In this document: positions 49,936-62,850 of the stretch, in pieces
How the letters are laid out: each line of letters opens with the position of its first letter
Position numbering within the stretch: position 1 is the first letter of the stretch
Origin: Macrostomum lignano
Lineage: Eukaryota
Direction: 5' to 3'
DNA: 64,000 nucleotides
NCBI GenBank assembly: GCA_002269645.1
Contig: NIVC01000678.1
Location: 1 to 64,000, forward strand
The notes under the pieces: generated by a model
Told to the model about the DNA's origin: nothing
Seen by the model: only the letters and a program-made list of their open reading frames with translations
Database searches by the model: none
Made by a program: the position numbers and the translations under genes

Positions 49936-52900
49936 TCAGGAGAAGAAATACTCGGACCGCAACACCTCGGACAGATCGAAGTCGCCCTTGTCGGGAATCT
50001 GCAGAATTCGAGAATTAAATCGCTTAGCAGCCTGCAGCTTCTGGCCGCTGAGGCTGGCCAATTCTGACTGACGAAATGAGAACACGCGATCAATATGCGA
50101 GCTGAGATCGGCTAGGATTGGCTTGCTGTGCAGCTGGACAAACTGCTGCCTACAGATCCTGCCCATGGCGTCCACGTCGCACGGATGCGTCCAGAAGCAG
50201 TCGTGCACCGCGGCAAAAGTGACGCCAAACTTCTGGCACTCCAATGCCGTTAGCATCATATGACACGAGTCGAGCGAGTGCACAAAATTAGGCGGAAACG
50301 CGTTGGACTGTTTGACCGGATCGGGCGGATACGGCTGCACAATGGGCAGGCCTAGCGGAGTTCGCCATTGGATTGAAGCCTGCCTCAGCTTGGCCACGTC
50401 CTTGGCCAGATCGGTGAACCAGTGCTGAATGTGGGTGGCGCTAGTGAAAATCCTGCCAATGCTGGACAGGGTCAGTTTAGCCAAATAGGCTGCTGCCTTG
50501 TGCCGCATCTCGCTAGGGAACTCAGCGTCCTTCAGCCTGGCCAGGATCTGCTGTATGGCGCCGTACTCCGTGACGCCGTAGACTGTGGTCATCACCGACT
50601 GCTTGATTGTGCGCCTAACTACGTAGCCTTGAAGCGACTGGGCAACCGCGTGACCTTGAGCGGCATCGGCTACTCTGGTAGACTCTACCAGATCTACAAC
50701 AGCCTGGTAGACATCTTGCGGCCGGTCAACCGCTCGCAGATTGACAGCCAGAGCGCCGGCCACATCCCGGCCCATTGCGGCGTAGTGTTGCAGTCCGTTG
50801 CAGCTGCCGTCCTGGTGCACAGGGAACGAACTCACGTAGCGTTCCGGCCCGTCTGGATGCCTGGCAGCGGCGAGGATCTCAGAGCACGTGGCCAGAGTCT
50901 GCCAGGGAGCTTCGTCGTTCTGCCACCAGCCGCGCCCGGTCCAGGGCCGTTCGGCGCTGTCGATGATATCCGGCAGCAGCGAGTCGGCCATGTCTAGCCG
51001 TTCGGCGTTTGTCAATTTTTTGCCAAGATCCGCCACATTGATGGCGTGAATGCGGAGCCAGCGCCAGCCGCGCTCGCCCAGAGGCTTGGCATTGTTGAAG
51101 CGAAGCAGCGAGCGGGACAGATCGCAGCTCATGTGGTTCAGATGGGGTGGCATTGGGTAGGCCCGGCCTCTGCAAAAGTTAATTTTACTTTTCGATACAT
51201 ATTGGCTTTTTGTGCAGTTTTGTATTTTTCGATACATATCGGCTTTTTTGTGCAGTTTTGTATTTTTCGATACATATCGGCTTTTTTGTGCAGTTTTGTA
51301 TTTTTCGATACATATCGGCTTTTTTGTGCAGTTTTGTATTTTTCGTTACATATCGGCTTTATTTCTCAGCCAGACGGTTCTCGAAAAATTCAAAGACAGA
51401 CAGACAGCGCAAAACATATAGATTATACTACGCTCGTAATTATAATAATTAATATATTATTACTAACCGACTACTCACCGAAAGTCCATATTATGCGGCA
51501 AGTAGAACGGCCGGTCCTTCAGCCAATCGGCAATGGACAGCCGGTAAAGCTCCGTGCACCAGAGAGAATAGCGCTCCCTTTCAGCTTTGCGCTCGGCCGC
51601 TTTCTCCCGGCGTAGGGCGGCAATGTCGGCCCTCGACGCGCCCGGAGCCGGAGGCGCCAGGCGCTCTACAGATCGGGGTCGGGCAGGCAGCGCCAGGTGC
51701 TCGGCGCCGCCAGAATTGAAGCGGTCAGTTATCAAGCGGAGCATGGCTCTGTCAACTCGCCAGGCGCAGGAGCTCACGGTCTGGTCGCGGTTGTTGGGGA
51801 GAATTCAATTGATAGGATTAGCGCGTGAAAAAAGAAACAGATAAAATGAAATATAGGACTGTTTGAGTGTGAATATGGGGATGCTTAAGGAATTTGCAGC
51901 AGTATTTAGAAGTATGCATTGTATAGTAGTATAGGTTTCTGGGAAGAATCAAATTTAGTGGATTCTGAGTCTGAGATGATGCTGATTTAAAGGATTCGGG
52001 GATAATGCAGATTTAAAGGATTATGAGATGCAAATTTAGAGGATTCTGAGTCTGAGATGATGCAGAATTAGAGGATTTTAGGATGACGCCGGTTTAGAGA
52101 ATTCTGATATGATGCAGATTTAGAGAAGATTCTGGGATGATGCAAGCAGATTTAAAGGATTCTGGGATGATGCAAGCAGATTTAAAGGATTCTGGGATGA
52201 TGCAGATTTAAAGGATTCTGGGATAATGCAGATTTAAAGGATTCTGGGATAATGCAGATTTAAAGGATTCTGGGATGATGCAGATTTAAAGGATTCTGGG
52301 ATGATGCAGATTTATAGGATTCTGGGATAATGCAGATTTAAAGGATTCTGGGATGATGCAGATTTATAGGATTCTGGGATAATGCAGATTTATAGGGTTC
52401 TGGGATGATGCAGATTTATAGGATTCTGGGAGGATGCAAATCTAGAAGATTATGGAAAGATGTAGAACTAGATGATTTTGAAGAATTAAAACCAATATAT
52501 ACTAAAACAGACGAAGCCAAGAAGCCACAGATATTCTAATTGGCTAAAGAAGAAATCAAGTGACATGGAAAGCAAGAAAATAAGCTAACTCATACTCACA
52601 TGCAGTGCCTCAAGAACAGTCGGGGGCGGCCCAGACAGTCGGATTTCGCTCATCTGGGCCAGGGCATATTGCCTTAGCAATTCCGTATTTAAGGTCATGT
52701 AGCGAGCTGGCCAAAAAGGCTTAGTCAGCATTGGCAGCTTGGATGGCTGGAACATCAGCTTGGTGGCATCCTGCGCCTGCTGAAATGCTTTAGCGACTGT
52801 CGGATGAGCCCGGATGTGCTGCACGTTGCTATCGGGATCCAGAACTCCGTACGTGGCCGGCACGCCTCGATAAGTGAGCTGGGCCAGGTGATCGGTCAGG

Positions 52901-55900
52901 TATTTGCCTAATTCGATGCGCCAATGACGGGGCAGAGGCGGCCAGCCCAGGTCACCAGTTTCACGACCCAGCTCCTGGGGAATTATGGGAATTATTCGTA
53001 TTGCAATTAATTGCTCGAAGCTTAGATGCCACCACTTTTAACATTTAGATGACAGCTGATTGAGGATTTCTTTGATGTAAGATCCCATCTACTGAGTGGA
53101 TACTTACTGCGAATCTAAAATCCTATTTTTTAGGATCCCACTACTTAAGATCCGACGATATCCGACGATATAAGATACTATCAGCTTAGGATCAGACAGA
53201 TCTAAGATCCCATCAGTTTAGGATCAAACAGATCTAAGATCCCATCAGTTTAGGATCAGACAGATCTAAGATCCCATCAGTTTAGGATCAAACAGATCTA
53301 AGATCCCATCAGTTTAGGATCAGACAGATCTAAGATTCCATCAGCTTAGGATCAGACAGATCTAAGATCCCATCAGTTTAGGATCAAACAGATCTAAGAT
53401 CCCATCAGTTTAGGATCCCACAGATCTAAGATCCCATCAGCTTAGGATCAAACAGATCTAAGATTCCATCAGCTTACGATCAGACAGATCTAAGATCCCA
53501 TCAGCTTAGGATCCCACAGATCTAAGATCCCATCAGCTTAGGATCAGACAGATCTAAGATCCCATCAGCTTAGGATCAGACAGATCTAAGATCCCATCAG
53601 CTTAGGATCAGACAGATCTAAGATTCCATCAGCTTAGGATCCCACAGATCTAAGATCCCATCAGCTTAGGATCCCACAGATCTAAGATCCCATCAGCTTA
53701 GGATCAGACAGATCTAAGATTCCATCAGCTTAGGATCCCACAGATCTAAGATTCCATCAGCTTAGGATCCCACAGATCTAAGATCCCATCAGCTTAGGAT
53801 CCCACAGATCTAAGATCCCATCAGCTTAGGATCCCACAGATCTAAGATCCCATCAGCTTTCCCATCAGCTTAGGATCCCACAGATCAAAGATCCCATCAG
53901 CTTAGGATCCCACAGATCTAAGATCCCATCAGCTTAGGATCCCACAGATCTAAGATCCCATCAGCTTAGGATCCCACAGATCTAAGATCCCATCAGCTTA
54001 GGATCCCACAGATCTAAGATCCCATCAGCTTAGGATCCCACAGATCTAAGATCCCATCAGCTTAGGATCCCACAGATCTAAGATCCCATCAGCTTAGGAT
54101 CCCACAGATCAAAGATCCCATCAGCTTAGGATCTCACAGATTTAAGATCCCATCAGCTTAAGACCCGCTACTAGAGGACCCAGCCATGGAAAATCCCATT
54201 GCAAAGAAGTGTAATCAAAGCAGCACTGACCGCTCTAGCTTTGCGCTGAATTTTTTCATAGAACAAATCCGTCAGATCCCGCATAAAGTGAGGCTTTGGC
54301 ATGTACTGCACAGCCTGTATAGAGGCCAGCATCACAGCCTGGCTGAGCAGAAACTGTACAGTCTCCTCTTCATCAAGCGCAATCACCAGCGGATAGATGG
54401 TCCGCCTAGCGGTTCTCTCGTCTCTGACTTTCAACTGACGCCGACGCTCCGGCACCAGGCGGCGCAGCTCGCGCAGCCAGTGGTCGCGCACCGCGGCGGC
54501 CTCTTTGGCTGCCTGACGCCGAGCCGCAGGCGTCACGGCCGGCAGAGGCTCTGAGACGCAAACGATGGACACAGCGGGTTCGGACTGCTCCAGCTGTGAG
54601 GTAGGAATGATTTATTTCAATATATAAGGGGTTGCAGCCTAGTGGTTAAAGCGTCGGACTCGCGACTGAAAGGTCGGGGGTTCGATTCTAGACTCACTTA
54701 GAACAATTGTGTCCATGAGCAAAAGACACTTAACTCTGCATTGCTTCAGTTCACCCAGCTGTAAAATGGGTGCCAGCATTAGTTGGGGTAATTGACGGTG
54801 TGTGTGGCGACCCCCCCCCCCAGTCCTGAGCTGTCGGTTGCTTATCTGCCTATCAGGGCAGGTGTAATCAATTAATTTTATAGTATCGGAATAATAAACC
54901 AATCAGACTACTTTGCAGTTAGTGTTAATCAGTAGTGCTGGAGACATTTTCTCATTTATTCTGATTAATATGACAGCTAACAAAAGTCATGTTAACCTGC
55001 TCAGAAACTGGTCCTGGCCGGTAACACTTGCAGAGGCCCACAGCCTACAGAAAGAACTTACAGACAACTGAAGCGCTCGGTCCCCAGCGCTGTTGTCCTC
55101 GGGAGCAACAGACTCCGATTGCTGCTTTGTCGATAAAAGCGAAGGAAGCCCAGCCAAGCGCAGACCAGCCATCAGCTCAGCATCCTGAGCTTCATCCGAT
55201 AATTGATTTTGCCAATTGGAATCGGCCGCCAATCTTACTGTTAATTCGGCAACCTCGGCGCTGTTTAATCTGCCGGCTGCGCGTAGGCCGAGCGCCACCG
55301 CGCCTGCGCTCAACTGCTGACCATCGCGAGCGGCGCCGGCCAAGGTGGACAGGCTGGCCGAGAGGGTGGGCCGGTGCAGCAGGATGGCGGCCGGGATCTG
55401 CGAGGGTAAAGTGCGGTAGACCGGCATGTAAGAGCAGTCCTGGGGACGCTTCTGAGTGGCGGTTGACTCTAAACGTGTAGGGTCTGGAGACAAGATTCTC
55501 AATGGTAGTCTAGGGGCGATTCTCAATGGTTGTCTAGGTTCGATTCTCAATGGTAGTCTAGGGGCGATTCTCAATGGTAGTCTAGGGGCGATTCTCAAGG
55601 GTAGTCTATGGGCTATTCTCAATGGTAGTCTAGGGCGAGTCTCGATGGTAGTCTTTGGGCGATTCTCAAGGGTAGTCTATGGGCTATTCTCAATGGTAGT
55701 CTAGGGCGAGTCTCGATGGTAGTCTTTGGGCGATTCTCAAGGGTAGTCTATGGGCTATTCTCAATGGTAGTCTAGGGGCGATTCTCAATGGTAGTCTAGG
55801 GCGAGTCTCGATGGTAGTTTTTGGGCGATTCTCAAGGGTAGTCTAGGGCGAGTCTCGATGGTAGTCTTTGGGCGATTATCAAGGGTAGTCTAGGGGCGAT

Positions 55901-57289
55901 TCTCAATGGTAGTCAAGGGCGATTCTCAGTGTTAGTCTAGGGGCGATTCTCAATGGTGGTCTAGGGGCGATTCTCAATTGTAACCTAGGGGCGATTCTCA
56001 AAGGTAGTCTAGGGATGATTTGAAGGGTAGTTCAGTGCTTTTAGCGCCCTAGAAACGTCGGTTTCTAGACCAGCACAGGAACTAGCAGATCATTCAATAA
56101 TTTTTACCTGTTCGTCCAGCACAACCGCCCCGGACCACAGGCTGGCCAAGCTGCCAAACCTGGCCCGTTGCTCAGCCAAATAAGCCGCCGCTTTGTCATG
56201 CTCGCCTCGCAGACACAGGCACAGCAGCCAGGCCGCCAGCTCTTCATTATATCTATCGGATTTTTGAATAAAGGCCAGGCCAATGTTGGGCGCGAACTGG
56301 GCCGGGTCCGGCCGCTGACGGGGCGGCGGCACCCGAGCTTGGAGCAGCTCGACGGCCCGTCTACAACGCCGGCGTAGATTGGCATCGAGCCAGAGCAGCT
56401 CGGACATCTGGCTGAGCTGCTGGACGAGTACAACGGCCAGAGTGCGAGGACAGCGCACATTTTCTAGCCGCTGGGCCCAGTCAAAAACTGCCGCAATCTC
56501 CTTGGCTGACGCTTTTGCTTTCGCTTGGCTAGCAACGGGCGGCGATTTCGACTGCCCGCTCTGACGATGATCGTCGCCTGCTTCGCCTGTCGAGCGTCGA
56601 CGCCTGGCAACAGAGGCGGCGGGCGCAAGCGCCGCTGTGCTCCGCTGTTGCCGGGCCGCAAAGCCTGCGAGATTAGTGAATTGGTGGTTTTGTAAGAAAT
56701 ATTCATTATTAAAACAACAAAAATGGCTCTATCTTACTGTTAGTAGACCAAAGGGATATTAAATGACAGTAAATTAAAAAACATTGACATAGACATAGAC
56801 AGTAATTCTAAGCATTGTGTACGGGTTTTATGCTGTGCAGACAGGATTTTCTGTTGGTCTAGAGGCGATTCTTAAGGATAGTCTAAGGGTGATTATCAAG
56901 GATAGTCTAACGGTGATTCTCAAGGATAATCTAGGGGCGATTCTCAAGGATAGTCTATGGGCGATTCTCAAGGATAGTCTAGGAGTGATTCTCAAGGAAA
57001 GTCTAATGGTGATTCTCAAGGATAGTCTAACGGTGATTCTTAAGTATAGTATTAGAGTGATTCTGAAAGGTAGTCTAGGGGCGATTCTGAAAGGTAGTCT
57101 AGGGGCGATTCTGAAAAGTAGTCTAGGGGCGATTCTGAAAGGTAGTCTAGGGGCGATTCTGAAAGGTAGTCTAGGGGCGATTCTGAAAGGTAGTCTAGGG
57201 GCGATTCCAAGCTACAAACGGCAAAACTTACAGTGCCGACAAATATGTTGTGTCTCTGATAAGGCAAAAATGCGAAGCAGCGGCAACAT
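49936..57289 (-). CDS. POLRMT: Mitochondrial single-subunit (T7-like) RNA polymerase; exons 57289-57232, 56664-56108, ~55440 (acceptor uncertain)-55062, 54593-54231, 52974-52600, 51780-51479, 51169-49936
   Basis: HNMDFRGRAYPMPPHLNHM, PVHQDGSCNGLQHYAAMGRD, KQSVMTTVYGVT, WRTPLGLPIVQPY, AFPPNFVHSLDSCHMM, FAAVHDCFWTH. All junctions are phase-compatible. Exon 1 encodes a transit-peptide-like MLPLLRIFALSETQHICRH. Confidence 0.95.
51195..51350. repeat. 38-bp intronic repeat, about 4 units (TTTTTGTGCAGTTTTGTATTTTTCGATACATATCGGCT)
   Basis: Visible in the last POLRMT intron. Confidence 0.9.
52000..52450. repeat. 26-bp intronic minisatellite (GGATTCTGGGATGATGCAGATTTAAA)n
   Basis: Visible. Confidence 0.9.
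53180..54165. repeat. 32-bp intronic minisatellite (GATCCCATCAGCTTAGGATCCCACAGATCTAA)n
   Basis: Visible. Confidence 0.95.
54629..54850 (+). mobile_element. tRNA-derived SINE with a CORE/Deu-like central domain, antisense in a POLRMT intron
   Basis: A-box TAGTGGTTAAAG and B-box GGTTCGATTC, followed by TTGTGTCCATGAGCAAAAGACACTTAACTC...CACCCAGCTGTAAAATGGG, which resembles conserved SINE central domains. Confidence 0.75.
55495..56025. repeat. 24-bp intronic minisatellite (GGGGCGATTCTCAATGGTAGTCTA)n
   Basis: Visible in POLRMT intron 2. Confidence 0.95.
56860..57205. repeat. 24-bp intronic minisatellite (GGGGCGATTCTCAAGGATAGTCTA)n
   Basis: Visible in POLRMT intron 1; same family as 55495-56025. 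Confidence 0.95.
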
Positions 57290-60200
57290 TCCTGAAATTT
57301 GTATTTTAAATCAAGTATTGCATTGTCGTTAGGAAATTATTAATGATTTTATAATTTCAGGAATTCCAGCCATCCATCTTTAAATGGGCTTAATAAGCAA
57401 TTTTACATTTTCCAAAAAATGTTGCATTGATGCAAAACAGTCAATAAGCTTTATCCTATGTGAACATTTAGTGCTTTGTGACTAGGAATTAATCTAGTGA
57501 TATAAGGTTTTGGTAGATAGAGCATAAACCTAAGTTTTTTATCATCAAGATGACAGTCTCATTTGGCACCCTAGGTCTAGTCTAAACTTAGGATGCTAAA
57601 TTGAAAACAGGAATTCTAGCTGGCATCAATAGCAAATTCAAAGTCAAATAAAATGCCTAAGTCTAGCTTATCATTAAAATTTACATTTCCAAGATTCTCT
57701 AATGTACATAGGTTCAAAAAATCTAGACACCAGGTTTATAGAATCAAGGTTGAAAATCAATACACAAAAAGTCTTTAAACCCCAAGGATCCTAGCAATCC
57801 AAGAAGCTAAAGCACCTTTCAAGCTTACCACAAAAAAGACTATATGGCCAGAGGAAAATATGCAAAAAATGAAAAAAACCAGTAGAATTGCTTTGAATTC
57901 AAGCTGGTAATATTGGTATTTTTAAAATAATGTTTTATAACTAATTGGCCAAAAATGTGCTGCATACACCAAGGACTTCCATAGGCACTATGATTTTTAT
58001 ACCAGAGGTTAGCAAACTTTTTGCTTTGTAGTCTAAATACAAAACCTAGCATATGATTGTAGGCCAATAGAGAAAAGAGAGGAAGAAATAGAGAAGGGAG
58101 TAAAGATAGGAAAAGAAAAAAGAGAAAATAAAATAAAGAGGAGACACAAAAAGAGGAAGGATAAAATAAAAAGGGGAAAGTAGAAGAGAAAGGAAAGAAG
58201 ATTTCTTAATATAGGCCTATATAATTTTTGTGGTAAAGCCTATAAAGGCTAGGGCAAATTGAAAAAGTTTATGAGAAAGGGAAGAAGGACCAAGCTATAC
58301 TAAATACTATAATCCAATATTATAGAAAATAGACCTTACATAGTTATATAGACCTTACATAGACCTTATCTAATTTTTTGCCTTAGCTAAAGGGGGGGGG
58401 GCAATAGCCTCCTGCCCCCCTTAGCCTAGATCTGCCTTTGGCAAGGACTACTTCTTAAGTATGGATATTTTTATATGTTGAATAGCTTGAAGCTGCAGAT
58501 CTACTAAATCTATTCATTCATCTGATATATTTCTTTATCTTTTCTAAAGTTACTATTATAATTTTGCTTTGTGCATCCTTGTTTAATGTTAACCTACCAT
58601 AAACTTGAAAATTTGGCCATTAGACTATTAGGCTAGTAGATAATAAAATACTTAATAGTCATTATCTAGATAAACTCAAATATAAAAATAATTACACAAA
58701 GCAAATTGCAAGATTGCCAAATAAGAAAAGTGGTTAACATGACAATAGCACTGTTAAAAAGCATGATTTAAAAAAATTAATGGCACAACATTTAATAGAA
58801 GATAAGAAACATATATAGATCTTAGGTTTTTTATGTGTAGAATGTGTGTACTTTAAATTTTAAAATTGCACTTTGAAATTGGGCATAAGTTAGGATTTCA
58901 TACCTTGTCTGAGGCAAAAACCCAATATATATGCAAAATGCAAGCTATGCAACATGTTTAGTATATAGATAGATCCTAGTCAAATTATCAACTGGCATTT
59001 TGTTACTGGGAAGCCATTGCTCTTATGTCACTTTGTTGACTAGCCAATTAGTAGACCTCATAAATATGGTCACTTTATCAATTGCCAAACTATAATAGTT
59101 TGAAATAGTATAATGGGTTACACTGAATTCATCAACATCTAAGTTGTCAACAAATCTAAAATCCTAGAAATTGAAGGAAATTGAATTCATCAACAGTTAA
59201 AACAAGCTGAGCAAATTCATCAACAACAAGACAAGACTTTTCCTAAAGTTGTTCTTTAATGCAATAACTGTAAATTTCTATAATTTAATGAGCAAAATGT
59301 TGCCAAAGACTTCAACAAGACGAACTTGAGTGCACATTCTAAATGCTATTATGCATACACAACTCAAAATTTAATGAATTGGGCAATCAATGCTATGTAC
59401 ATAATTACTACCTTCTACATAGTTGTATATTCAGATGCAAATATATCAAGAGCTAGTCTATTGGGTGTTTTGTGCTGCATATGCTTTATTGCATCTTTAA
59501 AGTCACTTTAATTCAAGTTTTATACCAAGTTTGTTGATTTCCTTAACCATTACCAAAGGTTTTGTTTGAGTATGACTTCAGATTTCTAAATTTATGCAAA
59601 AATAGTTCTCTGGATTTATTGCAATTCAGTGGGTTTAAGATCTGCAGGTTTTAACAGGTTGTAAAAAAATATATATCAAATAAAAACCATTCACTTTTGT
59701 TATCTTATATGTACAAGTATCTTCTCAATATGCTTTTGTCTTTCATTTTTTTGCATATAGTAAAAAATATATACTAGCTACATGGTCAATAGTATATTGT
59801 CAGGTAACCAAATTTGTCAAACAGTGCATGATAAGGTAGACCGAATTGGTCAATAGAGTTGACAAATTAGATGTTGACAAATTTGGTGGCACCCAATATA
59901 ATAATCACTTTGTCAACTATTCATTATGTAAACATATATGTAATGCAATATTATATATATATATATATTAATGGCTATCTATGCCAAGAATTTTTCTATT
60001 AAACTCTGATATGAATGAAGCAAGTGAAGCAAGCAAGTGAGTTAATTTTGAAGTGCAATATACTACATTGACATATTGTTTTCAAATTGTATATGTTTAA
60101 ATTTTCTTAAATTGACTTGAATTGACTTATATTACAACAAAAAATATTTTAAAAAGAATAATAAATAATTATAAATAATTAATTAACCTAGCACTAAATA

Positions 60201-60347
60201 TTGACCTTCCTTCAATTAAAAAATTACTAAAAAAACTTTTATATAAAGCTTAATTCTCTAAACATATTTGGTACCAAAGACAAAGTAGGCCTAACTATAA
60301 CTAAAAACAAGGTCACTTTGTCAATTGCAAAAACTGCTAACATAACC

Positions 60348-61334
60348 GGCAATCCTACAGTTTTCCGCTTTTAATTATTTTTTGGCTTTTTTCTTGATTT
60401 CAGCTAAGCTGCAATGGCCGGTCGTCCATCTGCACCAACGATAGTCATTTCACCTGCAGAAATTGAACCTGCCGATGCATTGGCTGCCCTGGATATCAGT
60501 TATCGGGAGCTGGTACTGGAGATACGGTCTGTGTAAACATCGCAATAGACGCAACAGACTGCAACAGGACCGCAACGGACCTCAAGAAACTGCTACAGAC
60601 TTTAGGGTCTACCTAAAACACGCCCCGCACCGCCCCGAACCGCTACACATTATAACATTTTTTGTCAATGCAGTATTTGATTGCAAAGAAAACTATTTGT
60701 TGTAAGAGTAATGGAATAAATATCTTTAATTATTATTATAAATATTGTCATAATTTTTTATATTCTCGTTTTCATTATTAAATTATATTATTATTATTTT
60801 ATTAATATTATTATTAATATCACTTATTATTCACCGAATTTTATATTTCAAATTAAAGAAACTAAATTTAATAAAAACTTTAAAGCTTAACAGAAAACGC
60901 ATTTTTTAGTGTCTTCAGTTATAGTCCAATTTGTTTTAATGTGTAGCGCTGCAGGGCGGTGCGGGGCGTGTTTTAGGGAGACCCAGACTTTAAACGAAGT
61001 AAAATCGTACCTACAAGTATAATAAATTAGATTTCTGCCTAGCATTAGCTGGTAGATCGTTTTTATATTTATTACTTTGGTATTTTTTCATTCTGCATGT
61101 ATTTTAATACATGTACCTCCATATGTACCTCCAAGAGTTTTTATGGCGCCGGCTGTTCCAAGAGTGTCAATTCGGGAACATGTTGTATTGGATACGCCAT
61201 TATTATCCATGTAAACTGTTGTGACCATCATGAGTGACTATTATATAAGTTTATTGTAATTTCTTATTCCTGCTATGTCGTAATTTTTCAAAAAAGCCGA
61301 AAAATAATTAAAAGCGGAAAACTGTAGGATTGCC
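60348..61334 (+). mobile_element. Internally deleted Merlin-type DNA transposon
   Basis: About 35-bp TIRs GGCAATCCTACAGTTTTCCGCTTTTAATTATTTTT; 8-bp TSD ACATAACC (60340-60347 and 61335-61342); remnant EFLWRRLFQECQFGNMLYWIRH (~61135-61205) resembles the Merlin/ISXO2 transposase C-terminus. Confidence 0.8.
60605..60984. mobile_element. 380-bp MITE nested inside the Merlin-type element
   Basis: About 45-bp imperfect TIRs (GGGTCTACCTAAAACACGCCCCGCACCGCCC... / ...GGGCGGTGCGGGGCGTGTTTTAGGGAGACCC); 8-bp TSD AGACTTTA (60597-60604 and 60985-60992). Confidence 0.8.
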
Positions 61335-62554
61335 ACATAACCAAATAGGGCCTAGTCACTTTATCAAAGTAAATGGTTAACAAAGTGACTAGTACCTTAG
61401 CATATAGCCATAACTATTTAAAACATATTTGTAAGAGTTTCTATAGTGCAATAAATTCTTCCCTATGCCCTTACCACTATATGCAATTTGTGATCGCGCT
61501 CAGAGACAAAAAATCTTTCGTAAGTTTATTGTACAAATAATATATTTTTTGCGTAGAAGTTACACAAACTTCAAAATTACCCGGATGAAAATGTTACTGT
61601 ATGAAATATCGTTATGGAAGACTGATAGTAATCAGGAAAAGGATGACTTATGAAGTTAGAGAAGTAGCGGATTTAGAAGGCGGCACAAAAGGCGTCTCTA
61701 TTGAGTTTGATATTTTTTCTATGGGTATAACCACATTATGGAAAAATCAATGGAGTAATCCAAACGCAAAGTATACCTTTTTAGAATTCTGCACTGTTCA
61801 AACTGGATCCGTGCCTGGACGTGTGCTAATTCTTTTAAAAGACCTCGATCAACATGTATTCCAATTTAGCTGCCTCGATAGACTTGTATCAAATTAAGGA
61901 GGGATCAAAGTTGAAAGCATCTGCACTGTGGTGGAAATACAATATTCCATCATTGTACATATGTATGTTGTAGTACAGTACAACGCATGCAGTACAATTC
62001 GTAACGCGTATGCATGCTAATTTTTCGTTAGCCTCTGTACATTATTACGAGTCAGTATGCAGTAAAGCGTTCCTATAGAGCCAGCTACACCTAAAAGGAC
62101 TTGCTTTCACAAATTTCTTGCCATAGTTCTTGTATTTCAGAGAGCAGATGAAAGAGGATGTGAACTTAATAATGATAGCACTTTTATAATGATAATCACA
62201 GTATTATTAACACACTCAGCGTCGGCCACGCAAATGTACATGCAGTGCACATATGGGTGCGGGATTCAGATTGCGTAATCGATACTTAAATGCTCGTTGC
62301 CCAGCAAAAAGAAAGTTCAAGGTGTCAGGGGGCAATAAAAAGTGAAGAACACTCATTATAAAATGATATTGGCTAGCCAAGAATTACTTCGGCCCTCGAT
62401 ATAATGAGGATTTCAATATTAGGTCCATAAGATTTAGGCATATGATTACAAAGGCACAGCACCCTCGGCATCTCTGTCAGCCTATCTTGCCTACTAATGT
62501 ATAATCCCATCAGTACTCGAAATATGGCCCGTAAAAAATCATCAACGCAAGAGG

Positions 62555-62850
62555 GATGCGGTTTTCAACGATTCTTTTCTCATTGTCGGTCCAGTAGAGA
62601 GATCCGATAGAGAAACCGGCTCAATCGGCCACCGCTTCCATTTCAGAGCCTTAAGTTCACATGAAATCCCCGTTTTCCCCATTTATCCCATTCAGGGAGA
62701 CCAAATGATAGAGAGATGCGGTTTTCGACGATTCTTCTCTCATTGTCGGTCCAGTAGAGAGATCCGATAGAGAAACCGGCTCAATCGGCCACCGCTTCCA
62801 TTTCAGAGCCTTAAGTTCACATGAAATCCCCATTTTCCCCATTTATCCCA
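62555..62850. repeat. Near-identical 136-bp direct duplication (period 160 bp)
   Basis: 62555-62690 vs 62715-62850, about 3 mismatches by eye. Confidence 0.9.

Noticed and set aside
49936-51237. Phage T7-like RNA polymerase as a prophage or horizontal transfer
   Set aside because: The gene has six spliceosomal introns and a transit-peptide-like first exon, as expected for nuclear-encoded POLRMT.
23765-54165. CRISPR-like appearance of 26-38-bp repeats with palindromic cores
   Set aside because: Units are directly adjacent with no unique spacers, there are no cas genes, and the context is eukaryotic and intronic.
54629-54700. tRNA gene
   Set aside because: A and B boxes are present, but there is no acceptor-stem closure and the sequence continues into a SINE body.
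54987-55062. Apparent splice-phase conflict or frameshift in POLRMT (AG|GTTAAC at 54996)
   Set aside because: A perfect GTAAGT donor at 55061 is phase 0 and joins the 54593 exon cleanly.
61601-61897. 98-aa ORF in AT-rich DNA
   Set aside because: No family motif, no supporting splice partners, and composition unlike the GC-rich exons.
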